Part shown: piece after piece, positions 47,917-58,492 of the stretch
Numbering within the stretch: the stretch's first letter is position 1
How the letters are laid out: every line of letters starts with the position of its first letter
Assembly (NCBI GenBank): GCA_963709405.1
Contig: CAVPXM010000030.1
Span: forward strand, 193,785 to 257,784
DNA length: 64,000 nt
Reading direction: 5' to 3'
From: an uncultured Nitrososphaerales archaeon
Lineage (GTDB): Archaea; Thermoproteota; Nitrososphaeria; Nitrososphaerales; Nitrososphaeraceae
Made by a program: the position numbers and the translations under genes
Notes under the pieces: model-generated
Database searches by the model: none
Told to the model about the DNA's origin: nothing
Seen by the model: the letters and a program-made list of their open reading frames with translations, nothing else

Positions 47917-47960
47917 TGACTGGATAGTACTATCGTAATCGTAATAGTACTATCCAGTCA
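47917..47960. repeat. perfect 17-bp inverted repeat with 10-nt loop
   Basis: TGACTGGATAGTACTAT-CGTAATCGTA-ATAGTACTATCCAGTCA. Confidence 0.95.
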
Positions 47961-48214
47961 TGTTCCCCATCGGTTTGGTCGATGTAATTCTCCATACTAT
48001 CAAATCCAATTTAAATGTGATGACCAAATCAGATATTGGTACAAGATGAATGAACGAACAATATCTACCAAACATTTACTCCAACTATAGTGATGCGTCA
48101 TCACAAACCAAGAATTGGTATAAGATAAATCCAAATGCCAACATATTATATAATTTTTTCAAGGCATTACAAATCATCAAAAAGGATAGTATTTAATATA
48201 GTAATACTGCATAT

Positions 48215-48541
48215 ATGAGTGAGCAATTGAGTAGCAATAGAGACTTTCTTTCACAACAGCTATTATGGATAGCTATATCACTTGGAATCAGTCTTGCTAT
48301 ATCGTTATTTATACCATTTCCATTCTCATTACCGATCATCATCGCAGTATTTATACTACTTAGCTTTTACATGAGAAAAAGAGCATTGAAAAAGATGGGC
48401 TTGTCTGGTTCCTCGATGTTTGGTGGATATGGTAGTGGTGGTGGCAGTTCCCTAAGTTATTATTGTATGAGCTGTGGAACAAAGCACAATCAAGCTCCAT
48501 GTCCCAGGTGTGGTTCAAAGATGAAAAGGGTAGGATCCTAA
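48215..48541 (+). CDS. two-TM protein with C-terminal zinc ribbon
   Basis: two TM helices, Gly/Ser linker and CMSCG...CPRCG. Confidence 0.8.
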   Translation: MSEQLSSNRDFLSQQLLWIAISLGISLAISLFIPFPFSLPIIIAVFILLSFYMRKRALKKMGLSGSSMFGGYGSGGGSSLSYYCMSCGTKHNQAPCPRCGSKMKRVGS

Positions 48542-49030
48542 GGATTCATTCGGTAAAATACACCTAAATTTTTTAAACTCACATAAGTCGACACAAGGCA
48601 GGTCAATTTCGAGATTTCATGCAGTCACATTGTAATCCTTAGTTCCAGAGGAATTGTTGAAATAATGAATAAACATTATGGAAATCATGCTCCATTCTGA
48701 TAAAGCATCGTGAAAGCTCGAATAGGTTCTACTTTAAGAGTCGAACACGCGCGCCATATATAATCGAAAAGGAAGGAATTGGATGTGAAAAAATCCAAGT
48801 ACGTTCAAGTTGGGTTATTAGCAACAAAAGTGATTAATAAAAAATGTTAAACCAGCTCCAGATCCTGAGGTCCACTGTCTATGTGTCTATCCTCTAAATC
48901 CTCAAAAGAAATAATTAGAAATTAAAGTCAAAACTTTTGATTTTTCATATACTTATACTTTTTGTACAGCGCAAATACTTACATGGTAGGAAGTACGTGC
49001 TGGTAATTCACAACGTGTATGTGACTTGTG

Positions 49031-50761
49031 TTATCCAGAGAACGTACCTGCTAGCGTTGTGTTGTTTAGCAAAGACTTTGATTTGTTAGGTAGTGCCTCC
49101 TCGTTTAGCACTCCGGGCGTTCCCAGTATAATTTGATTTAATCTCTGATCCTTATCAGGGTACCAATAGAGAATTTGATTTTCTTTATCCCATCTGACAT
49201 TTTTACTTGTAGCCCAAACAGCAAACTCAGGAGAATAGTGGATATGAAACGGGACATAAATGACTGTAGGATATGACTCTGAAGCTTCGCCCTTCAAAAT
49301 CAAAGCTGAATATTTGGACTTGTGGTCAAAAAAAAGCACTATCGGTTCTGCAGAACTACGCATCGGATATGGACGTACTATAACATCAATGTTCCTCGGC
49401 GTACGGTTTGGTCCCAAGAGTGAATAGTTCTCCAAATTCCAATTGTCTTTCCCTTCTTCTGTGTTATAAAGGTCATAATTCCAGAAGGTTGAATTCAGTA
49501 AGAAGGATTCAATTTGGTTAAAATTTAAGTCAAGGTAATCTCGGATTTGTTCAGCGTCCTGAAGACCTCCAAATTCAGTTAAGAATGGAACAAAGTCGCG
49601 TTCTTCTGCTCCCTCTACTAGTTGAGCAAAGATATCTGGCCATAGCCTTTTAATTCTAGTCAAGTTCTCAGGTATCTTCAGGTAAGAGCCTGCGATAGCC
49701 ATAACATCGTAATAATGGAAAGACAAAACACCTCTAGGTGAAATGCTTTTAAGTAATCCTCTCTCCGATGGCAGGTTTGTTCGGATTTCCTTGTGTTCAA
49801 GCTTGCCTTCAACCATGACATTCCTAATAAATCCTAGGTTAAACGTGCGTTTAGCGCTAAATACCGATTTTCCCATAAGTGATTTACTATCACTTGCACT
49901 GGAGACAGTCCAGTCAACCCTAGGCTCCATGAACAAAAACAACCGATCGTCGTACGATCGTAATTCAGATTCTATACTTAAGTAATATTTGTAAAGAAAC
50001 TCTTGTTCAAATTTATCAGGCTCAATACCTACTGGATGTGGTTCGTTAAATGGTTCTATTCCTAAAATAGCCGGGTGACCATCATTATTATTTGAAGCCT
50101 TGAAGAATTTAACTGTCTGACCTATTGTCTTTTCGAGATGAGTTCTAACAGGAAAATTCTTCAGCCCTGCCACTTCATTCGTCAAATCATTTTGCCAAAA
50201 GGATTTTAAGGTATGTCTCACAGACTTATTGATCATGTAGGCCGTTTGCCATTTCTTATCTCGCATGTTGGAAGGCTTTGGAAGCTTATTTTTACCATCT
50301 ATTGCTAACGCCCAGTCTGGAAATCCGTCTCCTCCGTATATTTCATGAGCTATATCCTGATGGAAGTCAAGTATTACATATAATCCTCGTTTATATAATG
50401 TGTCGATAATCTCCTTCAGTAGAACGAGGTAGATCTTACCCTCATCTTCAATATCATCCAGATTCTTGTTGGGATATGGTTCAAGTGCTTTCCATGACAC
50501 CAAGAGTCTCACAACATTAAAACCCCATTCCTTCAATCGATCCAAGTCAGTACTGACAGATTCTATTTCCTTCTTTAATTCATCAAGACTCATTTGAGTT
50601 GTGCCGAGTCGAGCTATCGGCAGATATGGAGGCAACTTGCTACGCGAGCCAAAGTTCACACCACGAAATAATAGATATCTATTCTGCGAATCCTTGAACC
50701 ATTTTCCATCTTTAGAAAAGCTTCTGGCGGTATCGATCTGCAAATCTCCGTGATCAGTCAA
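49031..50761 (-). CDS. glycoside hydrolase family 5, endoglycoceramidase-like
   Basis: FRGVN, GFNVVRL, LDFHQD, FNEP (acid/base), SFHYY, TEFG (nucleophile) and RPYP motifs. Confidence 0.88.
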   Translation of the reverse strand: MTDHGDLQIDTARSFSKDGKWFKDSQNRYLLFRGVNFGSRSKLPPYLPIARLGTTQMSLDELKKEIESVSTDLDRLKEWGFNVVRLLVSWKALEPYPNKNLDDIEDEGKIYLVLLKEIIDTLYKRGLYVILDFHQDIAHEIYGGDGFPDWALAIDGKNKLPKPSNMRDKKWQTAYMINKSVRHTLKSFWQNDLTNEVAGLKNFPVRTHLEKTIGQTVKFFKASNNNDGHPAILGIEPFNEPHPVGIEPDKFEQEFLYKYYLSIESELRSYDDRLFLFMEPRVDWTVSSASDSKSLMGKSVFSAKRTFNLGFIRNVMVEGKLEHKEIRTNLPSERGLLKSISPRGVLSFHYYDVMAIAGSYLKIPENLTRIKRLWPDIFAQLVEGAEERDFVPFLTEFGGLQDAEQIRDYLDLNFNQIESFLLNSTFWNYDLYNTEEGKDNWNLENYSLLGPNRTPRNIDVIVRPYPMRSSAEPIVLFFDHKSKYSALILKGEASESYPTVIYVPFHIHYSPEFAVWATSKNVRWDKENQILYWYPDKDQRLNQIILGTPGVLNEEALPNKSKSLLNNTTLAGTFSG

Positions 50762-51038
50762 CGCACTCTCTCACTTTGTTTTTCTTAGAATAGCCTATTT
50801 ATTCATTTACTACTGTCTCTACCTGTCTGGGTATCTGAATTTCCCCAACATGATCGTTGGTATTCTTAAATGGTTAAAAAGGTGGAAGATGACTCTAGAT
50901 CCCTAATATGTCATATTTTGTATAAAAGTACGTGCCAAAAAAAGAAAAATTCGGACCCTAATTAGTAGTTTTTCTAGTGCTGTTGTAACCACTGAGATAT
51001 CGATTCAAAAACCAAAAATAATTATTAATGTACCTCGG

Positions 51039-51608
51039 TTAGAAATGTCTTCTGACCCGTCTTCCTGTAGTTCCCACGATTACAAGCTCTATGCCAGTAA
51101 GTAATAAAGCAATGGATACCATCAGCAGCAAAAGAACAAATCCAGTCGTTGGACTTACTAGAACAACTATACCTATCGCCACGCTCAAGACACCTATGCC
51201 AGTCCGAAATATTCCTGTGCGCCTATCATATTCGTCGTTCCTTAAACCATCCAAGATTCTCACGGCACCATTAGCCAATAACCCAAATCCGAGAATAAGC
51301 ACGATGTATTTTATGGCAAAACTCGGAATTATAATTCCAGGGATTAGATATCCTACTAATCCCGCTCCTATTGCTATATTAATAATTCTAGAGGATCTTT
51401 TCAGGCCTTTTGCCCGAATTCCGGCAATGAGTCTTTCTATCCCAATTATCATTAGAGCGACCAATGCGAAAAGTACTATTGCATACTTTCCAAAAGAAGA
51501 TGACTCTGCTATTACAAGGATGGATAATATGATACATGTCAGACCTACAGCGACCTGAAGTATCCTAAACCATTTACGCGGACTTTCGATACCTTCAGCT
51601 GCCCTCAA
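51039..51608 (-). CDS. HdeD/DUF308 family membrane protein
   Basis: six TM helices with repeated G-I-E-R-like turns; paralogue of 56106. Confidence 0.8.
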   Translation of the reverse strand: MRAAEGIESPRKWFRILQVAVGLTCIILSILVIAESSSFGKYAIVLFALVALMIIGIERLIAGIRAKGLKRSSRIINIAIGAGLVGYLIPGIIIPSFAIKYIVLILGFGLLANGAVRILDGLRNDEYDRRTGIFRTGIGVLSVAIGIVVLVSPTTGFVLLLLMVSIALLLTGIELVIVGTTGRRVRRHF

Positions 51609-51755
51609 TAGGATACAGTCAGACTCCCTGACGAGTCCAATTTATAGATATTGGAAGTTGAACTCGTATTTTACTAGGCAAACATGAAACAGAATATTCA
51701 CAGGTGTCAATAAAAATAATCTGCGGTGATATAGAAAGACCTTCGAGTTTATTTG

Positions 51756-51856
51756 GGCCCTGTTAACTTATCGGAATAGTCGGTAGATATCGCTAGAGAT
51801 TTCATACTTGGATTAGGATCAATCTTACCCACATTATTCCTTAAGTTAACAGCAAC
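51756..51856. mobile_element. 101-bp IS6-type MITE
   Basis: IRs GGCCCTGTTAACTTA / TAAGTTAACAGCAAC; 8-bp direct repeat TTTATTTG at 51748-51755 and 51857-51864. Confidence 0.85.
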
Positions 51857-52282
51857 TTTATTTGCAGTATGATAAAAGATGATATGAGCGACAAAATGCT
51901 GAAAGGTATCTTAATTGTCAGTGCTAGCAACATTGAGAGATTATAAACGAAGTAAATTTACCGACCATATTCTAGACATTTCTCAGATTGGATACGGAGC
52001 GGGTGCTAGTTAGTTAGTTAGTTAGAAAAATAATATGCTTATCTCTCTTGTAGGGGTAATCTGTCATCGCTATGCTTGTTTTGAATAAAAATATAGCATT
52101 TTCGATAAACGTCGACCGGTGTAAATCGCTATCTTTACATGTTTTTACCTTACGATGGGATTAAAAACGACGCTTTATTGATTAAGTGATCAAACTGGTA
52201 ACAATAAACAAATACAATTAATCAGAGATCATGAGAATGATTAACACCGACATTGCAGCGAGTTTTTTGAGTCATCTACTTA

Positions 52283-52914
52283 GAACGTATTCCAAAAGTA
52301 ATTGATTTTAGTCAAGTTAGAAGCAACCTGTATTAAAGAAAGAGCTAAGCATTCAAGCGAAAGTAGACTATGGCTTCTGAGGGTATAATAAAAAGACCAG
52401 TATCAATCGGAAATGGCAAGATAGGAATGGTACGATCACAGAAGCACCTCTTCCCAGAAAAGCGAGGCACTACATACCACAGATAGATCTAAATCGGGTA
52501 CTAAACGTAGTATCTTGACAAATGATAAAGGCCTATCTCCAGATGTAGTGATAGGTGGTGCCAACAGCCATGACATGAAAATGAATAAAGCAAGACCGTA
52601 AAAAGTCATCCATAGACCTGAATCTACAATGAACCAGGACACGTGCATGGACAAAGGTATACGATTTACTGAAAAGTCTGTTCATACAAGTCGCATCAGA
52701 TTAAGAGGAAGTGAAAGAAGCAGCAGCAAAGTAAAAATGAAGCAATGGAATACCAAAATGCAGAGCTAGACGGTAGGTTGTTGAAAACATTTGTCGATGA
52801 ACAGGTTTACATGAATATTAATTAGATGGGAAAAGAGGATACAGAACTATGGAATGTTATACTTAGCTTATGCATGGATCACTTATAGAAGAAGTGAACA
52901 TTTCGGATAGTCTC
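52283..52914 (+). mobile_element. IS5-family relic with internally deleted transposase pseudogene
   Basis: fragments TDRSKSGTKRSILT, GANSHDMK, MDKG, RARR*VVE and LIRWEK; IR-like ends flanked by TA. Confidence 0.8.
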
Positions 52915-52941
52915 TAGACTTAAAAATATGTCAAGTACCTC

Positions 52942-53199
52942 CTAGACACCTATCTTTTTTGCCAGAGCTACCACTTTTTTGCCATCCACTGTTAATTTGT
53001 TGAACACCTTATTCTTGTTTACTTTTCTTTGTACGAGACCTATGTGTTCAGCCCTTACTAGTAGTTTATGTCCGTAGCCATATGCACCCAATTTGTTTAG
53101 TAGTTCTCTTGTTGGGTAATCTGCATTACCGATTGTCTTAAGTAGTCTTACAATTGCTCTCTCCTTTATTAATATCCGCAACAGTTGAGTCTCTTTCAT
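52942..53199 (-). CDS. small winged-helix-like protein
   Basis: 85 aa, basic; RAEHIGLVQRK...NKLTVDGKKV wing pattern. Confidence 0.65.
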   Translation of the reverse strand: MKETQLLRILIKERAIVRLLKTIGNADYPTRELLNKLGAYGYGHKLLVRAEHIGLVQRKVNKNKVFNKLTVDGKKVVALAKKIGV

Positions 53200-53555
53200 G
53201 ATATGCTCTATGTTAACAAGTTATTTAACCGTTACCCCATTCTAGGAACATAAGAGTTAGGTACAAATAGTAACAATAATTAAAATGCTTGTAAGATCTT
53301 AAAATAATTTTAATAACAAAGATATAATTGATATAATTTACAAAAAAAGAAAAAGGCACTTATTTATCACCTTTTCTACATGACCCCACCGATACATATT
53401 GATCTCCACTCGAACATTTAGAACGTTACGTTGCAGAAGATAACTTCACCTAGCTACTGTTTGTATGCCAGAATGAATTTTTCAATGAATCCTACCAGCT
53501 CGATCCACCATGCTGTCAGCTTTGACTTCAACAGCAACTAATACTATCATTATTA

Positions 53556-54479
53556 AGAGCCTATCGCAAATTAGTCAGACATACAGCTTGTGACTTTCCT
53601 CTCATAAGTGTGACTTATAGTCGAATCACACGCTTCCGACTGTCAAAAGAATTCCAGATGACTTATAAAATGAGGTCAGTTTGAGACTTCCACCAGAAAA
53701 AACCAAATAATACTATAGGATGTCCAGTAGTATCATATATAGGAAGGTATTGCTGGACGGCACTCTTTTTGTGTTAAGAGCTGGGTATCAATTGAAGATG
53801 TTGTCAAGAGAATATGGCTTCGAATTCCACATGCCATAGATAATTCCAAAGTGATCTGCATCTAAGGTATTGCATAGATTATGGATTAGGTTGCTAAAAG
53901 TACATGATGGTCTAGTAGGCATTGGTTGGAAGTGGCAATCACTTGATAGTATATCTATAAAGACACATTTAGGGGAGAAATGACCCGCTGGTCCTAATCC
54001 TACAGATAAAAGAGGTAAGTTGGAGACAAAACGTCATTTATCGAGATCAAGATGGCATATCACCATTATCTGTTGTTATTACTGCTGCTAATACACACGA
54101 CGTGAAGAGTACAACAGAAGCTGTTAACAAAATGGTAATAAATAGAAAAACCTTTGCATTAAGATGTTCAAAATCACTTTCTGTCTTGACAAAGGATATG
54201 ATTCCAAAGAGATTGAATATAATAATGTTATCGAAAGAGGATACATGTACCATATTCGATATAACTGTAAGACGGCTACACCAGAAATCAGAATGACCAT
54301 CATCATAATTCTAGAAGATGGATTGCAGAAAGAACCCAACCTTTGATATAACGGGCTCAGAAAACTGTTTGCGAGGTATGAAAAGAAATATTAACATTTT
54401 CCGGTTATTTTTGGCTGATAATTTAGATCCTTAAAATAACTAATATATGCTGAGGAATGAAAATATTAGGTACGGTTCT
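53556..54479 (+). mobile_element. IS5-family relic (transposase pseudogene, ends approximate)
   Basis: fragments LDGTLFVLRAGYQLKML, WKWQSLDS, GPNPTD, TAANTHD, CLDKGYDS and ARYEKK; left end AGAGCCTATC resembles the right IR of the upstream IS5. Confidence 0.82.
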
Positions 54480-54716
54480 GAGCGCAATTACATAGCCCAA
54501 ACCAAAGAGATATCATAGTATCCCAATGAAAAACATGTCACATAGCATCAATAAAAAACGTTTGAGTCTGGAAAGCCTGTATATCCTTTGCACTATTGTT
54601 TTTGTGGGTTTTTAATTTTAGACTCTACATAATTTCTAATTAGACTATTCATTGAATTATGCGCATACTGCCTCCAGTCATAAAGTATAATAGAGATTGC
54701 CCTTTACAAGGGGATA

Positions 54717-55154
54717 ATGAGACAAGAACATGTAACTCTACAAAATGTAGAGGTTTCACAAGTATATGATCAAATCAAAAAATATCTCCAAGGGCTCAAA
54801 CTGGACATAATCCATGAAGAGAAAATTGAAAATTATTGGGATCTAAAGGCGCATAAAGGTACTAAAGGTAGTGTTATCATTGGGAATGTAAGAGATGTTG
54901 AAGTAATGATAAGCGGCACTGAGGGTAATTATGATTTAATCTTGCGAACTGGTGCATGGGGCAAGGACATTATCGTTCCAACAGCTATAGCAGGTGTTCT
55001 GACTGCAGGAGTAGCTGTAATTCCTGTAGCTGCAGTGTCAGGATATAGAGCACACGCGTTTGAGAAAAATTTCTGGAACTTTATCAAAAAGACACTGGCC
55101 GACACCGGAAATGCAAATGCAACAATGTCTGAACCTGTAACAGTGACGCATTAG
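54717..55154 (+). CDS. hypothetical protein with one hydrophobic segment
   Basis: 145-aa ORF with ATG start. Confidence 0.7.
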   Translation: MRQEHVTLQNVEVSQVYDQIKKYLQGLKLDIIHEEKIENYWDLKAHKGTKGSVIIGNVRDVEVMISGTEGNYDLILRTGAWGKDIIVPTAIAGVLTAGVAVIPVAAVSGYRAHAFEKNFWNFIKKTLADTGNANATMSEPVTVTH

Positions 55155-56105
55155 ATTAGGAGTGTAAGCTATGGCTGTAGCTATATTGTCACCTATGGTG
55201 ATGAATTCAACAATTAATATACAAAAGACGTAATATGGCATCGGCAAGGATATTTGTGCCGAATTGTCCTTGCGCTTGCGCCTTTTTTAAATAGTCGCTA
55301 TTATACCAAAACTATGCATAACAAGTCAGATACAGGCAAGATATGATGAATTTCAGGAAGCCTATAAGACTATACTTGCTAAAGTAGATGAAATCTAATT
55401 AACCTTAGATATGCTCCACGGAAAGAACAATTTTATAGTCAATTATACCCTAAATTTAAAGTAGATCGAACGATTTGTGATACCTATGAAGCCGACGCTT
55501 CATTTCTTTTCGCAAATAACTAAGAGATGGGATGTCTTTATAGTCGGCATTGGCATGACGGCTCCCTATATACTTCTTATTTTGAAGTTACTTGGGCATG
55601 CATTCTAAATATCAAAGAACGATTCCGCCTTTAAGAAATCCTCCTCTCAATGCCTTTACTAACCATTAGAATCTTTGCATTCCAATTTCGTAAAATTGTT
55701 AGTATCGAAGGTGGTTCTATGCATCAGAAATCATTGATATCTCTACCTTTCCTCTTCCAACTAGCTTGTTACCAGAGCTTGAGTAAATTTTCTACTCTTT
55801 TAAGCGAATTGATATATCAGTTAGAAAAACTACATAGATCTTACACTATCTTAGATAAAATTCCAAGATTTCTTCCACACGGTGGTTTATTTATGATCAT
55901 GATACAGTGACAAATTAAAATAGCGAAGCTTGTCTATAAGACAACAGAAATGTCGCTTAGAAACTAGATTTGGTATTGGAGCACTGAAAGTCATATATAA
56001 ACATTTTTACAGCAGTTGTCTAATGAGAACAAAAAGCGATCGTGAACGATTTAATCTACGGGAATTTATGTACATCTAGATCTTCTTAAAAGGATTTATA
56101 TTGAC

Positions 56106-56687
56106 ATGCAATATGTAGAAACAATAATGAGTGAAAGTAAGTCGCCTGGATGGATGCGTTTCGCCCAAATTGGGCTAGGAATTATAGCTGTGATATTATC
56201 CATAACGATATTGGTTTATCCTCGAGGGTCAGTGGTAACAATTGTATATCTTGCCGGTGTTGTCCTTTTAATAGTTGGAATTGAGAAGGTAATTACAGGC
56301 TTTTTTGTTCGTAGCGGGTCTCGAATGGCTAGTATTGGATTGGGCATACTCGTGATCATACTGTCACTTATTGTTATGGCGTTTCCACACGGAACTGCAG
56401 TATTTCTAGTAGTAATGTTAGGAGTCGCCCTTCTGGTATATGGTATTGCTAGGATCATCCATGGAATCGGTGACAGAGAAACCAGCGGATGGGCCAGATG
56501 GTCAAATATTGGTGTGGGTGTACTAATGCTAATTATCTCTGGTCTGATATTCATACCGGGCCTTGGAATCTATTTTGTAGGGATCTTGATCGGCATAGCG
56601 CTCTTAATTGCTGGAATACAGATAATCGCAGCTGGCTTTTCAGGGAGGAAGATGCGGCTCTTACCAGGTCGTGATCGTGGTATTTAG
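56106..56687 (+). CDS. HdeD/DUF308 family membrane protein
   Basis: KSPGWMR followed by six TM helices; paralogue of 51039. Confidence 0.82.
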   Translation: MQYVETIMSESKSPGWMRFAQIGLGIIAVILSITILVYPRGSVVTIVYLAGVVLLIVGIEKVITGFFVRSGSRMASIGLGILVIILSLIVMAFPHGTAVFLVVMLGVALLVYGIARIIHGIGDRETSGWARWSNIGVGVLMLIISGLIFIPGLGIYFVGILIGIALLIAGIQIIAAGFSGRKMRLLPGRDRGI

Positions 56688-57314
56688 GATAGGAGAAATT
56701 CTAAACCGGTCTTATACACCGGTCCAGAAAAGGTACAACCACAATATTGAGCGATAATGCTCTTATTGACCTTGGTAAGCATGGGAAACGTACTGATCTG
56801 AATACTCTTCTGATTTCTTATCACAACTTATGAGCAATTTTCTGAATCTGCTATGTCGTGTGTATAAAACCCATCTTTAAGTACGATGATGACGATGATG
56901 ATAAATGACAATATCTTTACTAATTATTGTTAATTGTCGTACTCAACGAGCTGGGTTACAATAAAGCGAACTAGCAGTAAGTGAACAAACCTTGTAAGTG
57001 TGGTGAACAGACGATAGTGTACGTAAGAAGAATATGTTTGTGCGAACGGAAATACGGGAGTACTGCCTGCAGGTGTGTGTAGGACAGACGAACACATATC
57101 CAGAGCTAACGAATTCTTTGATAGCCTTAATCGAAGTAAAAATACTATGACAGTGATGGAATGATCTGATAGGTAGTAACATATAACTAAAATTAGACAA
57201 AACCTTCAATTGAGCCAACGATTATTGCGAAGAATTGTCGAATACTGTCAAATACTATCCAATCCCTTTCATAATGTTTATAGTTCTGCGAGAGCGGCTA
57301 GATGACAATATGAG

Positions 57315-58263
57315 ATGACGGAAAACAACAAATCACAGTCGAAAAATTTTGACACAGGAGTGATTATAGATAAAATTTCTAAAGCGGCTGCGGAGCTAAG
57401 CAATACTACCAATCCCTTGAATTTCATTGAACAGATGATCTCCATCAGTGTGCTATTAATCGAATATGACCCACCTTTGTCAGACATAATCCGAACTATA
57501 GATGAAAAAGCGCAGGATCCTAGTTACTTTATCGCTGCCTACTTTGATACAAAAGATGTAACCAAAGCATTGTGGATCTATAGAATAGTTCGGTTGTTAG
57601 CTAAATATATTCTTCTTTCCGATAGATTTTATGAGATAGGGAATGATAAATATGCTTTGCTCGCAGAACGAGTGCGTCAATCAGTAAATGAATATCTCAG
57701 ATCCGAAAGTGATACACAACATCTTAGTTATTCTATACCTTATTCCTTAGAGCAGTTTTCGACATTTTGGAAATTTGAGCAGATCGTAAAATCTCGTATA
57801 CTTGGAAATTATGCTTTCTCGTACACTGAAATAAGACATTTTAATCTATCAAAGTCATCAGATGCATCGATAGTCTATGCAAAAGTTTTAGATGCCAAGC
57901 TCCCCAGCTTTAATGAAAATGTCTGCTTTAGTTCTTCATTACAATCAGGCGTTGCTTGATATACACGATGACTGGGAGGATATAGCGGATGACGTTCAGG
58001 AAGATATGCCCAATATCTTCGTTATGGCTGCACTTGAGAATATTCCTTACAACATCATAAAAAATTCCAGCCATGAAATGATTAGAGATGTTGTATTGAA
58101 TGGAGCAGATATATCAAGTGCACAGATTATTAGGTTAGTAAACGATATCCAGGCATCAGTCAGGAACGTTTCTATTCCTGACAACTTTAGCTTCTTAAAA
58201 TCCCTATCTGATCGTTACGCTGATAATTTGAGAAAGACCATATCTGTAGCATATTCTCAATAA
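57315..58263 (+). CDS. class I isoprenoid-synthase-fold protein, +1 frameshift at about 57922
   Basis: predicted helical; DIHDDWEDI (DDxxD); repair gives NENxALVLHYNQALLD. Confidence 0.6.
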
Positions 58264-58492
58264 ATGTATTGCTATTCAGTATGACGTTAGGTTGCATTTA
58301 ACGCCCTTAATCTAAGCTAACTTCACGGGGTCTCACAATATTAGGTATAGAACGGTAATATCTGTACTAGGAGAGACAATACTTGATCCAAGATTAAACA
58401 ATAGATTTAATAAAAATCTCGTATCTGATCGATTAAGCAAGTAATGCCCCCAAATTTTTATCTCAAAAAAAGGTGACCTTTTAAGGCACCAA

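Noticed and set aside
52008-52025. (TAGT)4 microsatellite
   Set aside because: Short and intergenic, with no evidence of a phase-variation role
55650-57218. ORFs 55650-55910 and 56943-57218
   Set aside because: No recognisable features; likely chance ORFs in intergenic or decayed DNA
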